Virus record (IMG/VR): IMGVR_UViG_3300017754_000491
Span: 1 to 30,232 of that record
DNA from: a virus
Taxonomy: Duplodnaviria > Caudoviricetes
Length of the DNA stretch: 30,232 bases
Reading direction: 5' to 3' (one strand)
A program made the position numbers and the translations under genes. The notes under the pieces are model-generated. The model was not told the origin of the DNA. It worked only from the letters and a program-made list of their open reading frames with translations, and did no database searches. Positions 8,300-17,705 of the stretch are shown here, piece after piece (within the stretch, counting starts at the first letter, position 1; every line of letters starts with the position of its first letter).

Positions 8300-9472
8300 T
8301 TAAGGAGTAACATCGCCTGCACCTAAGTTTACACGACTTACCAATGCCGCTGGGCGAGCACTTGGTAAAGAGGCTTGTGCTGTAGTGCCTGCTGTGATGT
8401 TGTTTAGCACGCCTACTCCAGCAGGATTTCGCACTATGAGAGTTCCTTCCATAATGAACTGATCCAATGAAGCGTCAGCATTGCTGAATACTTCGTTGTT
8501 AGGACCTAGGTCACGCAATGAACCCCACTGAACTACATCTTCGTTCAAGAAGAAGATGCTGTTAGCGTTTACGCTATCCATAATCCAAGAATCAAAGATT
8601 TCGTATGTGTAGTTGAAGTCACCTTCATAAGTCTGGATTGTATCACCACGGGCTGAATCAACACGGTTAATACCTCTAGACTGAGCGATGTTATCGCTGA
8701 TTGAAGTGCGTAGACTTGTTGGAGCAACTACTGTGCGGATCTTAGCGTTGTAGCGTTGTTCAGCAACTGTTACCAATTGCTTGTATAATGCTGGGCTAAA
8801 GAACTGGTTAGTAAATGTTCCAGAGTAGAACTGAGCACCGTTAGCATAAATCTGCAATGCGTTACTTGCTTGAACTGCCACATCGGTAGATTCGTTGTTG
8901 TAGAAAGAATCTAAACCACTCAAGTTACCACTTGTAGTGTTGAATGATTGTGTGCCAGCGAATGAAGTCAATGAACCCATACGACGACCAGTTTGACCTG
9001 CTGGTAGACCAGAGGCTGTGCCAGTTTGACCAGCATACTTAGTGCCGATTTGGTCGTTACGAACTAATTGTAGTTCTACATCAAACATCAATTCAATCAA
9101 TTGCTTGACTTCTTGATATGCTTGTGGGTCACCACCAGATTGCATAACAGCGCGAGCAGTGCCGGAAGCGGCAATAACTGTGCTGAAAATCTGTGTGTAG
9201 TTACCTAAGTTGTAACGCTGATTGCTTTCTGCTTGTGCAGTAGAAACAGCGGCACCTTCAACCTGTGCTTGAACACCAGGTGTGCGATAAATGTCATCAG
9301 TCCACAAAGGTAGTGTGCTGTTAACTTTACGCTTTTTGCTCATACACATATTTAGAACAGGTGTATCATCCTTAACGCGATTGGACACATCTAGGTCCAA
9401 ATCCTTGACAACGATGTCGCTACCATATGCTGTAGTGCCGTTACCAATTTGACTTGTTGTAATTTCTGCCAT
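8300..9472 (-). CDS. Major capsid protein (SU10-like / DUF5309-type, 390 aa)
   Basis: DL...DTP.L...W.DD...EGA...GNYTQIF...SGTA...AYQ..K...EL..DVE...R.MG..., YEGDF and E.TL.VRN motifs. It follows the scaffold gene, has an AAGGAG SD, and is followed by a terminator. Confidence 0.85.
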   Translation of the reverse strand: MAEITTSQIGNGTTAYGSDIVVKDLDLDVSNRVKDDTPVLNMCMSKKRKVNSTLPLWTDDIYRTPGVQAQVEGAAVSTAQAESNQRYNLGNYTQIFSTVIAASGTARAVMQSGGDPQAYQEVKQLIELMFDVELQLVRNDQIGTKYAGQTGTASGLPAGQTGRRMGSLTSFAGTQSFNTTSGNLSGLDSFYNNESTDVAVQASNALQIYANGAQFYSGTFTNQFFSPALYKQLVTVAEQRYNAKIRTVVAPTSLRTSISDNIAQSRGINRVDSARGDTIQTYEGDFNYTYEIFDSWIMDSVNANSIFFLNEDVVQWGSLRDLGPNNEVFSNADASLDQFIMEGTLIVRNPAGVGVLNNITAGTTAQASLPSARPAALVSRVNLGAGDVTP

Positions 9473-9492
9473 TTTAGGCTCCTTAAATTAAA

Positions 9493-10650
9493 TTATTTCC
9501 TACCACCACGAATACTCTGTAGTCGTTGAACTAGTAGGTTGTCTGCTGCCTTTTTATCGCCAGCCTTGGCTTGTTCACGAAGTTTCTCAAGATTATCATT
9601 TGATCCTTTGCCTGAGTTGCTACTACCTTTACGGTTAGTTAAGGCAGCCATTGAACTGCCTGCACTCTTAGCACTGGGTTTATCTCTATATCTTAGACCA
9701 TCACGGACTAGGCTTAATAATGCTTCGTCACTGCTGATCAAATCTATATTTGGCACACCAGGTATTATTTCCTGTTTACTGTGTGGCCACAACTTGCTGA
9801 CCTTATCACGGATTTCATTAAAGACATATTCATTTTTCAATTCTTTGTCTGTAAATGCTTTGCGTGAACTATCTAACCTTTGGCTGACCTGCTGAGCACG
9901 AACTTGTCTAAACTGTTCTACCGCAGGCTGGATTTGATTAATCATACCCTGCTGTTGGCGAATGTATTGTTCATTCTGTTTCATACTTGCTTGGATACGG
10001 GCTCTTTGACCTGGATCCTGTGTTCTAGCCAATTGTTGCTGAAATGTAGTTTGATAATTCTGTGTTTTCAAAATCTCATCATACGCTGCCTGCAACTTTG
10101 GTTGGATGGTAAACTCCATTGCTAATGTTAGACCTTCTTGTCTAGCATAAGTCTCTTTTAGATACTCATCAAACTCTGCCTTTTGAACTTTTAATTCTCG
10201 GGCTTCTTCGTGTATTGCTGATCCTTGACCTAGAATACTTGCGGCTTTCTTGGCATCAATGACTACTTCTTTACCGTTCTTCATAAACTTGAACTTAGCG
10301 TTCGGGTTAGTTTCTGCGAACTCAATAAAATCAATTAGTTCATCTGCGTTTGAATCATTACTATCAGTGCTTACAGTTTCCTGGGCATCTGCTTCTTGAC
10401 CGTCGCTGTTGTAATCCTCATCGTTGGTATCACCAACTTCGGCTTCCTCTCGGGGCGCCACAGGGTTAGATGCATCTTCTGCCACATCATCTATACCTGT
10501 TGCAGTTTGCTCGGATTGCTGTCTAATTAGATTACGCTGTGTGTTTTCACGCATAGCGGTCATTTTAGCGGCAATACTATCCAAACTTGGGACTGCACTT
10601 TGTTCAGTGGCCGCACCAGTATCGGTGTTAGGGCTGATCGTTGTTTCCAT
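9493..10650 (-). CDS. Capsid scaffolding protein (385 aa)
   Basis: Acidic disordered N-terminus, KNGKEVVI motif, long Gln-rich coiled coil and basic C-terminus. Located between portal and capsid. Confidence 0.75.
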   Translation of the reverse strand: METTISPNTDTGAATEQSAVPSLDSIAAKMTAMRENTQRNLIRQQSEQTATGIDDVAEDASNPVAPREEAEVGDTNDEDYNSDGQEADAQETVSTDSNDSNADELIDFIEFAETNPNAKFKFMKNGKEVVIDAKKAASILGQGSAIHEEARELKVQKAEFDEYLKETYARQEGLTLAMEFTIQPKLQAAYDEILKTQNYQTTFQQQLARTQDPGQRARIQASMKQNEQYIRQQQGMINQIQPAVEQFRQVRAQQVSQRLDSSRKAFTDKELKNEYVFNEIRDKVSKLWPHSKQEIIPGVPNIDLISSDEALLSLVRDGLRYRDKPSAKSAGSSMAALTNRKGSSNSGKGSNDNLEKLREQAKAGDKKAADNLLVQRLQSIRGGRK

Positions 10651-10661
10651 TTATTTTCCTT

Positions 10662-11003
10662 TTAAGTATTGGGCACTTCTGTAGTGTTACCAACACGGTT
10701 TTTTAAGTAAACAGCCCTTTTGAGACTGTTTACAAAATTGTCAATGCCCGCTAATTCATTGCTTACTGCAATTCTACGAGCATTGTCGTCGGGCTGATGA
10801 CTGCGAATGGACGCAAGTTCATCAGCAAGACTGAATTTGAAATGATGAACAAACATTGCTAAATCTCTGTTCTTCAATAATGCTTCAGCAAGACTGCCAT
10901 AATGTCTAACTTGGTCCTTTTGACCTGTTGTTAGTTTACTAGGTTGACTCATATCAACTGTCAGTCTACTGTTAAAAAAATCTATTGTATTTTCGTCTAT
11001 CAT
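10662..11003 (-). CDS. Small helical protein between portal and scaffold (113 aa)
   Basis: ORF in the operon. An AE.LL...F...R...G..F helical pattern is typical of this position. Confidence 0.65.
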   Translation of the reverse strand: MIDENTIDFFNSRLTVDMSQPSKLTTGQKDQVRHYGSLAEALLKNRDLAMFVHHFKFSLADELASIRSHQPDDNARRIAVSNELAGIDNFVNSLKRAVYLKNRVGNTTEVPNT

Positions 11004-11023
11004 ACTATTCTATTCTGTTTAGT

Positions 11024-11029
11024 TATTTA
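11024..11029 (-). promoter_or_regulatory. TAAATA box upstream of the 113-aa/scaffold/capsid genes
   Basis: cacTAAATAact within a 30-nt intergenic gap. Confidence 0.6.
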
Positions 11030-11033
11030 GTGT

Positions 11034-13316
11034 TTAAGAATATACTTTAGGATCGCCGGCAGCCATACTCATAAAGTCTAACTGCGTTTCGGCATCTTCA
11101 CCAGCAACTTCCATTTGAATTTGTTTTGCTTTAACATCATTCAAATTAGCAACACTGAGTTTCTGTTTGTCATCTGGACTTGGTTCTTTGCCTTGCATTG
11201 CTTGTTGTGCTTTTTCAACTAGTCCAGCAACTTCATCATCACTAGGCAAGTAAGTATTGCAATCTTTGACACCAAGCACATACAATGTATCTGCAAATGG
11301 CTTTTTAATCTTTTTATACATTTCTGGTGTCATCATACCCTGTGCTAACATACCTTGTATTGCGCTGTATAAATCTTGTTGACACTTTTGAATAATCTGC
11401 AAACGACCTAATGCGTTTTCTTCACTTTGCATACCTAAGGCTAGTTCTAAGTGAATTTGTTTTCTATCACAGAAGTCCATATCATCCCAAGAAGCAAAGT
11501 CTAAGAACACTGGCTCTTTGTCATCACTGCATTGTTGTGCTAGTTTCTTAACACCATAGTCATCACCATATTGAATCAATGTGCGCCATACCAAGTATAG
11601 TGCTTCTTTCAATCCTTCTGCGGCATTGCGAACTGTGTTGTCTTGAATAATTTGATTTGGCGTTAATGCCATTTGTAGTTTGATACCTGAATTACCTGGT
11701 GCCATAACTTCTGGATTGAATACATCACTGGGAGTAGTCATACCAACCATAGCCATTGTGTCTTGTTGTATGCGATTCATAGCAACTTCTAAGAACTGTA
11801 AATTGCCACTTGGAGGAGGCATTTGGTAAATGTCTTTTGCTGGATCAAACTTTGAATCTAAAATAAAGATAGCACTTTCGCCATCCTGCATCATTTCAAA
11901 GTCAACTCTGTCTGGCTTGACACCAATACGGGGAGTTGCTGTTAATAAGCCTAATTGAATCTCAGCACGAGCCGCAGAGGTATTATATTCCTGCATAGGA
12001 ATAACCGATTCAGCGATACTCATACCATAGAAGTTTCCAGGTAGTGGTTTTGGACACATATTGGCAACTGGAATAAACTCTACTTCACGAGCAGAAATAA
12101 TATAACTGCCAGAATAAATCAATTCAATTAGTTCTAACTCACCGTCACCATCAATGTCATATTTGTTCCATACAGTTACGATTGAAACTTGTCTTGAATC
12201 TGGATCTGCACTTGCGGCACTTGATACTGGAATACCCATAACTGGCACTGAGTCACGAGCGTGAATAGCCAAGTTGTTTAACACTGAACCTGCTTGATAA
12301 GCACCATTCATATTGTATTCTGCGTGAACACGAAAGTGTTCAATGTCAATGCCAGGATATAACTCAACTGCTTCTTGAATTGTCATTGGATCATAATAAC
12401 CACAGAATGGTTGATCCTTCATTTCTGGCACAGTAGGATCACAGATCCAGTAGTGTTGTGCAATAGGATGAAACTTAATGTTGATGTTATAACCAGTTAG
12501 TTTATACTTTGCTGAATAGATTGTGTTGCGTTTAATAGCGTCTTGAATAATCTGTTGTTGATTATCCATTTCGTTTAACTTCATATCACCAACAGCAGTA
12601 GACATTGAGTCTTGATCAAACTCTTCAGGTGCTTGACGCATTGCGGCATCAGCCAGATCTAACATTGATTCTGCACTCTGGGCTTCTTGTTCACCCAGCA
12701 ATTGAGTAATCTCTGCCATAGCCTTTTCCATATCAACAGTTAGTTGACGCTTGCCCTGGCGTAGTGTTGTTAGTCCTGAATCTGCGGCCTGTTGTTCATA
12801 GGCACGAAGTTGATCCAATGTGCCTTCTGTTTCTACATAACGATTAATTAGTTCACGCACTGGTTTGATCATCATCATACCATTTTTGTGCATATTGGCA
12901 TCCATAATCCAACGCTCAAGAATAAAGTGCGGATCATTCATTTGGTTAACAACTTTGCTGACCATATTAGTTGCTTGGCGTGCCGCTGTTTCATCTTCTT
13001 CTGTGTCAGCAACAAAGTCAAAGTTAATTTCGCCATTGGGCATAAGTCCTTTGGCAATAACTGCTGTGGCATAATCCACAACAGGCTTTACTGATGGGTG
13101 AATGTAGTCAATGCCGTTTACGGGTGCAGTTGAGTCTGTGACTGCTAGACATAGATAGTGATAATCACTGGCACGATTTACAGCGTTTTTTGTGCCTAAA
13201 TAGCGTAGATAACTAGCCATCTTAACATCCATCTGGTTTTTCATACGCACAAAGTTTGCGTTAGTTTTTTTATTTTGATTGATGTCGCTAACTGGGATGT
13301 TTTTTATATTCAACAT
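11034..13316 (-). CDS. Portal protein (760 aa)
   Basis: Size, position between TerL and scaffold, and motifs EDE.AARQAT, DIDGDGELE, P.P..FYG.SIAE...MQE, MVG...F. An AAAGGA element lies upstream. Confidence 0.85.
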   Translation of the reverse strand: MLNIKNIPVSDINQNKKTNANFVRMKNQMDVKMASYLRYLGTKNAVNRASDYHYLCLAVTDSTAPVNGIDYIHPSVKPVVDYATAVIAKGLMPNGEINFDFVADTEEDETAARQATNMVSKVVNQMNDPHFILERWIMDANMHKNGMMMIKPVRELINRYVETEGTLDQLRAYEQQAADSGLTTLRQGKRQLTVDMEKAMAEITQLLGEQEAQSAESMLDLADAAMRQAPEEFDQDSMSTAVGDMKLNEMDNQQQIIQDAIKRNTIYSAKYKLTGYNINIKFHPIAQHYWICDPTVPEMKDQPFCGYYDPMTIQEAVELYPGIDIEHFRVHAEYNMNGAYQAGSVLNNLAIHARDSVPVMGIPVSSAASADPDSRQVSIVTVWNKYDIDGDGELELIELIYSGSYIISAREVEFIPVANMCPKPLPGNFYGMSIAESVIPMQEYNTSAARAEIQLGLLTATPRIGVKPDRVDFEMMQDGESAIFILDSKFDPAKDIYQMPPPSGNLQFLEVAMNRIQQDTMAMVGMTTPSDVFNPEVMAPGNSGIKLQMALTPNQIIQDNTVRNAAEGLKEALYLVWRTLIQYGDDYGVKKLAQQCSDDKEPVFLDFASWDDMDFCDRKQIHLELALGMQSEENALGRLQIIQKCQQDLYSAIQGMLAQGMMTPEMYKKIKKPFADTLYVLGVKDCNTYLPSDDEVAGLVEKAQQAMQGKEPSPDDKQKLSVANLNDVKAKQIQMEVAGEDAETQLDFMSMAAGDPKVYS

Positions 13317-13342
13317 TGAAAGGGAATCCTTTAGTATATCTA

Positions 13343-13474
13343 TTATTTAGCGTTATTTTTAGGGGTGTCTTGTTTTGGCTTTTGTTCTTTGCTATCCTTC
13401 TTGCCAAATATCTGATCCCAGTTATCACGGATCTTTTCCGTGTCTTCTCTGCGTCTTGTTGAACCTTTACTCAT
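13343..13474 (-). CDS. Small basic hypothetical protein (43 aa), KGS..R...NWD.IFGKK type
   Basis: Not in the ORF track. Hand-translated as MSKGSTRRREDTEKIRDNWDQIFGKKDSKEQKPKQDTPKNNAK. It overlaps the upstream stop and fills the gap before the portal promoter box. Confidence 0.7.
   Translation of the reverse strand: MSKGSTRRREDTEKIRDNWDQIFGKKDSKEQKPKQDTPKNNAK
13344..13349 (-). promoter_or_regulatory. TAAATA box upstream of the portal gene
   Basis: cgcTAAATAata followed by a short leader containing AAAGGA. Confidence 0.6.
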
Positions 13475-14108
13475 TGTCTGTTCTTTCTTCTATGTTATAA
13501 AACCAATCATCACCCGCAGTCCATTTGCGTGTGCCATCCACAGTCCATAAGTTCTGTGCCGCTTGAAAATCTGGAAACTTAGTTACACTGGGAATTAAAC
13601 TTTGATCATACCACAAACATCTATTGTTGGGTTGAATAGCAAACTGTCCGTTTTCTAATTTAATAAAATTAAATGATTTATGTTCTTCTGCAACTTCAGT
13701 AAAACCTGTGTCCACATCTTGTCCATCTGCACAAAAGTCTACTGTAAACAAATAGTTACCATAATACCATTGCTTGTCTTTGCCTAGAAACTTTACACCT
13801 AAATTGCGTAGGCCTATCTTTTCAACGACAGTAAAACGATAGCCCATACAGTCCCAAAGTTGTAGTTGATCAATGGGCAATGTTCCTGTGTGATCTTTCT
13901 TCCATACATAAGCGTGTATAGGCAGTTTGTCATATAATGCTCCGTAGTTGGGTAACAGGCTTTCAATGCGAAATACTTGTCCACGCAGTGCTTTAATGCT
14001 GACCCATATTGCAGGTTCTAATTCTCCGTGGCCTCGGGTAAAGTTATAAAGAAATTCTCGTTTAACAAAACATTTGACAGCGGGTAATGCTGAAACTATA
14101 TAACTCAA
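13467..14108 (-). CDS. Conserved phage hypothetical protein (213 aa)
   Basis: Motifs YGALYDKLPIHA, LQLWDC, G.YLFTVD, EHKSFNFI.L.NGQFA.QPNNR. I recall this family from aquatic phages including T4-like cyanophages; function unknown. Confidence 0.8.
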   Translation of the reverse strand: MSYIVSALPAVKCFVKREFLYNFTRGHGELEPAIWVSIKALRGQVFRIESLLPNYGALYDKLPIHAYVWKKDHTGTLPIDQLQLWDCMGYRFTVVEKIGLRNLGVKFLGKDKQWYYGNYLFTVDFCADGQDVDTGFTEVAEEHKSFNFIKLENGQFAIQPNNRCLWYDQSLIPSVTKFPDFQAAQNLWTVDGTRKWTAGDDWFYNIEERTDNE

Positions 14109-14329
14109 TGAAATTCTCCTGGCATAATAATTTGTGGACGATTCATTTCATCTTTGACTTCTTGTAGATCACAGGCAGCACAATAATATTGTGTGTCTGT
14201 GTCATCCATTTCATAGACTGTGTGTGGTGTATTGGCTACCATTGCTGCCGCTTCAAATGCTTGAGCGTGTCGTTCACACAATATCATTGTATTTTGTTCT
14301 ATAGCACAAATGAATAAACTTGGAGTCAT
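14105..14329 (-). CDS. Small putative Zn-binding protein (74 aa)
   Basis: CERH and CAAC pairs, with ATGA overlaps on both sides. Confidence 0.65.
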   Translation of the reverse strand: MTPSLFICAIEQNTMILCERHAQAFEAAAMVANTPHTVYEMDDTDTQYYCAACDLQEVKDEMNRPQIIMPGEFH

Positions 14330-14547
14330 AGTGCGTCCTTTAGTTTTTTAAGTTCTTCGGGTGTTAGAAAACATTCCCAACGAGTATCTAATACACTTTG
14401 GCTAAACAATTGGATGTGCCAATTGTTACTGGCTTCTACCCAAGTTTTTCTTAGTCTAAGTTTATAATCTTCTGTGTTGATTATATCAAAATCTTCTTTT
14501 GGTGCTCCTGTTGTAAACACCATAAATTGTCCGTGTTTTGTTGCCAT
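14326..14547 (-). CDS. Hypothetical protein (73 aa)
   Basis: Start moved to MATKHG at 14547 (TAAGGA upstream), which removes the overlap with TerL. Confidence 0.65.
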   Translation of the reverse strand: MATKHGQFMVFTTGAPKEDFDIINTEDYKLRLRKTWVEASNNWHIQLFSQSVLDTRWECFLTPEELKKLKDAL

Positions 14548-14560
14548 TCTATTCTTGTCC

Positions 14561-16171
14561 TTATTCTGCTGTGAAGGTCTTCTTCCAAGCGGGTTTGTTT
14601 GAATCGTCTTTGACGATGTATCTATCACGCTGTGCCATCATACGCTGTTGAGGACTTCTGTTATCCCAAGGCTCGGCAATTCCTTGAAGGCAAGCCAATA
14701 AAGCATAGCGAGCACTATCAATACAATCATCTGGGTCACTGAATCTTCCTCGTTCATCTACATAGTAGTTATTTGCTTCACTCAAGAAATGTGTGCAGTT
14801 TTCGTTGACCATTAAACTGCCGACCTCCAACATTTGTCGCATTTGATTTATGCCATAACTTTTGTGATTGGTTGTTCTGCCTTGTTGATCTACAGGATTC
14901 ATAATTGCCTTATCATAGACATTCAATCCGTATTGTTCAAACAATTCACGAATGCTACTTGAACTCATAGTGTATCTGCCAGCAGTGCTTGCGTCAGCAG
15001 GAAGAACAATAGGAGTGCCAAACACTTCAGGACGAAGCAAATGATTGACATACTGAGTGGGCACTGCTTCTTCAATACCCTGCACAACAATCTGTCTATG
15101 TAAGTAAGCAGTCTTTTCATATGGATCCCAATACATTAAACTAATAACTGTTTTGTCATTGACCAAACCCAAGTCCAGTGCAATAACACGATGTATGTTT
15201 GGCATACGCAAGAAATCAATCTCGCCTGTTTTATATGTTGGCCATACACCAAGTTGAAATACAGCACCTTTACCCATAACAGGTTTACCAGCAATACGGG
15301 CTTCTCGTTCGTGTGGAAGATAATCTCGTTCTAATTGTCTGCGTGTTTCTTTTAATAAGAATGGTTCACCCCAGGGACTATATTCAGGAACATCATCCCA
15401 ACTTACTCTAATGTATTCGTAGCCTTCTTCTTTATTCCAGAATTTTGACACAAGTCCGTTGAGTCCTTTGAGCGGTGTAAATGAGCAGAGAACCTTTCCC
15501 TGCGTAGTTGCTGTTCTAGTAACAATTTCACTGAAGAAATCATCTGGTGGTTGTTCATCAAAGACTGCGAGATTAAGTTTGAAACCCTGTAGTTGACGAA
15601 CTTCCTGAGTATAGTTAGCAAAAAGTAGATAACTATTACTGCCACTAATATGCCTAATTTCACAGCCAATGTTATTAGCACCATCATTACGCATAGTGTC
15701 AACAACAATGCAATCACGAGGTATAGCACCTGTGCCAAGATTTTCTGTAATTTTAACATCCTGTGTTCCTAATAATTCATTTTGTAATACCAATGCAACC
15801 TGACTCCAACCCTCACCTGCTACCATACAGGTTATTGGTGTTGTGAATCTATATCCCTGCCACCAATCTGGATATAAGCCAGTTAAGTGCATAGCAGTTT
15901 CATAACAGGTTGATACTGTTTTACCAACACGATTGGCTGCCAATATTCCTCTACGATCCGATGAACCAGTTTTGAAAAAAGTCTTTTGATGTTCAAATGG
16001 TCTAAAGTATTTGAGTTGATTGAACTTCATATCTTCAGCAACTTCAATGCTGAGATTCATTAACTGTGACTTCAATGGTCCTGGTATTGTTTTAAGAGCA
16101 TCAACAGTTAGACTGTGTTCATCTACTGCCCAACGCAATGCTCTAGCCATTAATACTTCATTGCCCAGCAT
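14561..16171 (-). CDS. terL: Terminase large subunit (Terminase_6 / P22 gp2-like)
   Basis: Walker A AANRVGKT, Walker B LAVFDE, coupling motif FTP, and RNase H-like nuclease ALDLG...DDCIDSARY. Confidence 0.95.
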   Translation of the reverse strand: MLGNEVLMARALRWAVDEHSLTVDALKTIPGPLKSQLMNLSIEVAEDMKFNQLKYFRPFEHQKTFFKTGSSDRRGILAANRVGKTVSTCYETAMHLTGLYPDWWQGYRFTTPITCMVAGEGWSQVALVLQNELLGTQDVKITENLGTGAIPRDCIVVDTMRNDGANNIGCEIRHISGSNSYLLFANYTQEVRQLQGFKLNLAVFDEQPPDDFFSEIVTRTATTQGKVLCSFTPLKGLNGLVSKFWNKEEGYEYIRVSWDDVPEYSPWGEPFLLKETRRQLERDYLPHEREARIAGKPVMGKGAVFQLGVWPTYKTGEIDFLRMPNIHRVIALDLGLVNDKTVISLMYWDPYEKTAYLHRQIVVQGIEEAVPTQYVNHLLRPEVFGTPIVLPADASTAGRYTMSSSSIRELFEQYGLNVYDKAIMNPVDQQGRTTNHKSYGINQMRQMLEVGSLMVNENCTHFLSEANNYYVDERGRFSDPDDCIDSARYALLACLQGIAEPWDNRSPQQRMMAQRDRYIVKDDSNKPAWKKTFTAE

Positions 16172-16377
16172 TACATATTCCTTAATTTATTCATTGTTAG
16201 TTTAGTGTCAAGATATCTAACAAATCCTTGTAATTCACTGCGTGTTAGTAGGATATATATTTCAGTGTCAGACATACCATCAGCATTGAATTTAAGTGTG
16301 AGTTCAAACTCGTCGGGACCAGTCCAAACTCCACTTATATCTATACAACTATCTTCATTGTGTGTTAGATTGAACAT
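16171..16377 (-). CDS. Hypothetical protein (68 aa)
   Basis: Start moved to MFNLTH at 16377. Its stop overlaps the TerL start (TAATG). Confidence 0.6.
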   Translation of the reverse strand: MFNLTHNEDSCIDISGVWTGPDEFELTLKFNADGMSDTEIYILLTRSELQGFVRYLDTKLTMNKLRNM

Positions 16378-16666
16378 CTCTAAGTTTCTCTTTAACAATG
16401 TAAATGTGATGTATTGCTGTAGATAAATCACTGAGTTCTTTACTAGACATTTTCCAAGTATCTGGATTATCAATTTCAACACCATCACGCTTGTCTAATC
16501 CTGCCTGTAAGCGTTCTGTTAACAAACGAAGTATGTGTTCAATTTGCCCAGGAAACTTTTCTGCAAAAGCAACTCTATGACTGGCATTAATCTTTTGTAA
16601 GATCAATGTGTCACTGACTCGGCTTGCTTCTTGTGCGCGATGTATTTCTGCATCACGGGCTGTCAT
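16355..16666 (-). CDS. Hypothetical helical protein (103 aa)
   Basis: ORF overlapping the upstream gene's stop, in the operon orientation. Confidence 0.7.
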   Translation of the reverse strand: MTARDAEIHRAQEASRVSDTLILQKINASHRVAFAEKFPGQIEHILRLLTERLQAGLDKRDGVEIDNPDTWKMSSKELSDLSTAIHHIYIVKEKLRDVQSNTQ

Positions 16667-17454
16667 TTAGATAAATCCCAGACATCAGTAACGCCATTGC
16701 CACCTAGGCTAATGAATTCTCTGTCAATCCAGGTATCCCATTGGTTACTGGTGTTAACTTTGAAACTCTGCATTAATCCGCGTAGTTTACGACCTTGTGG
16801 TGTCAGTGTGCCATCATTACGCACAATAACTTGTTCACCTGTGCGGGGATCAACCCATTTAATAATTTCAGGACGCTCACGACCATACTTGTCTAATTTT
16901 ACACCGTGTGGGCGTTGTTCAATTGGTCCAACGATTTCATAACTAATTTCGCCTGTTTTGTATTTGCGAAAATATACACTGACTTTCTTGTCTTGCATTC
17001 GTGCTTCAAAGTCAGTGTGTGGAATAACATTACTGACAAAGATGTTTTGTAATTGAGTTTGTTCTGGTAAGTGATTGTCGCGTGGGGGAACTGGTTTTAA
17101 GTCTTCAACTGGAACTAGTTCTGTTTTGTCAATGTATGGATTGTCTCCACCAACAAACTTAGGATCTACTTCAATACCATTTAATACATCCATAGCAACT
17201 TGATATTTTAACTTGTTGGCACGACCTTTTAAGTTTAGGACAATACCAGTTTCATCAAATACAAATCGTTCTAAGTCTTTAGCAGTGGGAAAGTCTGTCA
17301 TTAGACCATCAATGTCAAAGTCTGCTGAACTAATTGCCTTGGGCGCAATGCCAGCAACTTGTTCTGCTACATCTATAATTTCTTGTTGTGTGGGTTCTTC
17401 GTCCCAAGGGCTGGCTACTTCTTGAGTAGCAGGTGGTGATAATTTTTTTGTCAT
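16663..17454 (-). CDS. Hypothetical protein (263 aa)
   Basis: Long ORF with a TAAGGA SD and a structured leader; no recognised family. Confidence 0.75.
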   Translation of the reverse strand: MTKKLSPPATQEVASPWDEEPTQQEIIDVAEQVAGIAPKAISSADFDIDGLMTDFPTAKDLERFVFDETGIVLNLKGRANKLKYQVAMDVLNGIEVDPKFVGGDNPYIDKTELVPVEDLKPVPPRDNHLPEQTQLQNIFVSNVIPHTDFEARMQDKKVSVYFRKYKTGEISYEIVGPIEQRPHGVKLDKYGRERPEIIKWVDPRTGEQVIVRNDGTLTPQGRKLRGLMQSFKVNTSNQWDTWIDREFISLGGNGVTDVWDLSK

Positions 17455-17530
17455 TTCTATTCCTTAATATAAACAAGAGAACTAATGTTCCCTTGCTTAC
17501 TATGCTATAATGAGACTATTGTCTCACAGT

Positions 17531-17536
17531 TATTTA
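17531..17536 (-). promoter_or_regulatory. TAAATA box upstream of the TerL gene cluster
   Basis: tacTAAATAact followed by two hairpins and an SD. Confidence 0.6.
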
Positions 17537-17704
17537 GTATGGGCTGGTAGAACCTACTGCACCTGTGCGACTATTTGTAGTTCTTGGTGTGCTCTTAGGT
17601 TTAACTGGCTTACCGGGCTTTGGTGGCTTAATCATCTTAGACTCTTTAGCCTTTTCTGTTTTCTTTTTAGCCTTGGGTAAATTGAATTTTGTATATGTTG
17701 ACAT
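17534..17704 (-). CDS. Small Lys/Pro-rich basic protein (56 aa)
   Basis: Start moved to MSTYTK at 17704, directly after the upstream stop at 17706. Confidence 0.55.
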   Translation of the reverse strand: MSTYTKFNLPKAKKKTEKAKESKMIKPPKPGKPVKPKSTPRTTNSRTGAVGSTSPY

Positions 17705-17705
17705 A

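Noticed and set aside
8273-8320. Capsid C-terminal extension by frameshift or readthrough
   Set aside because: The TAA stop is followed closely by a strong terminator, with no slippery site or downstream extension frame evident.
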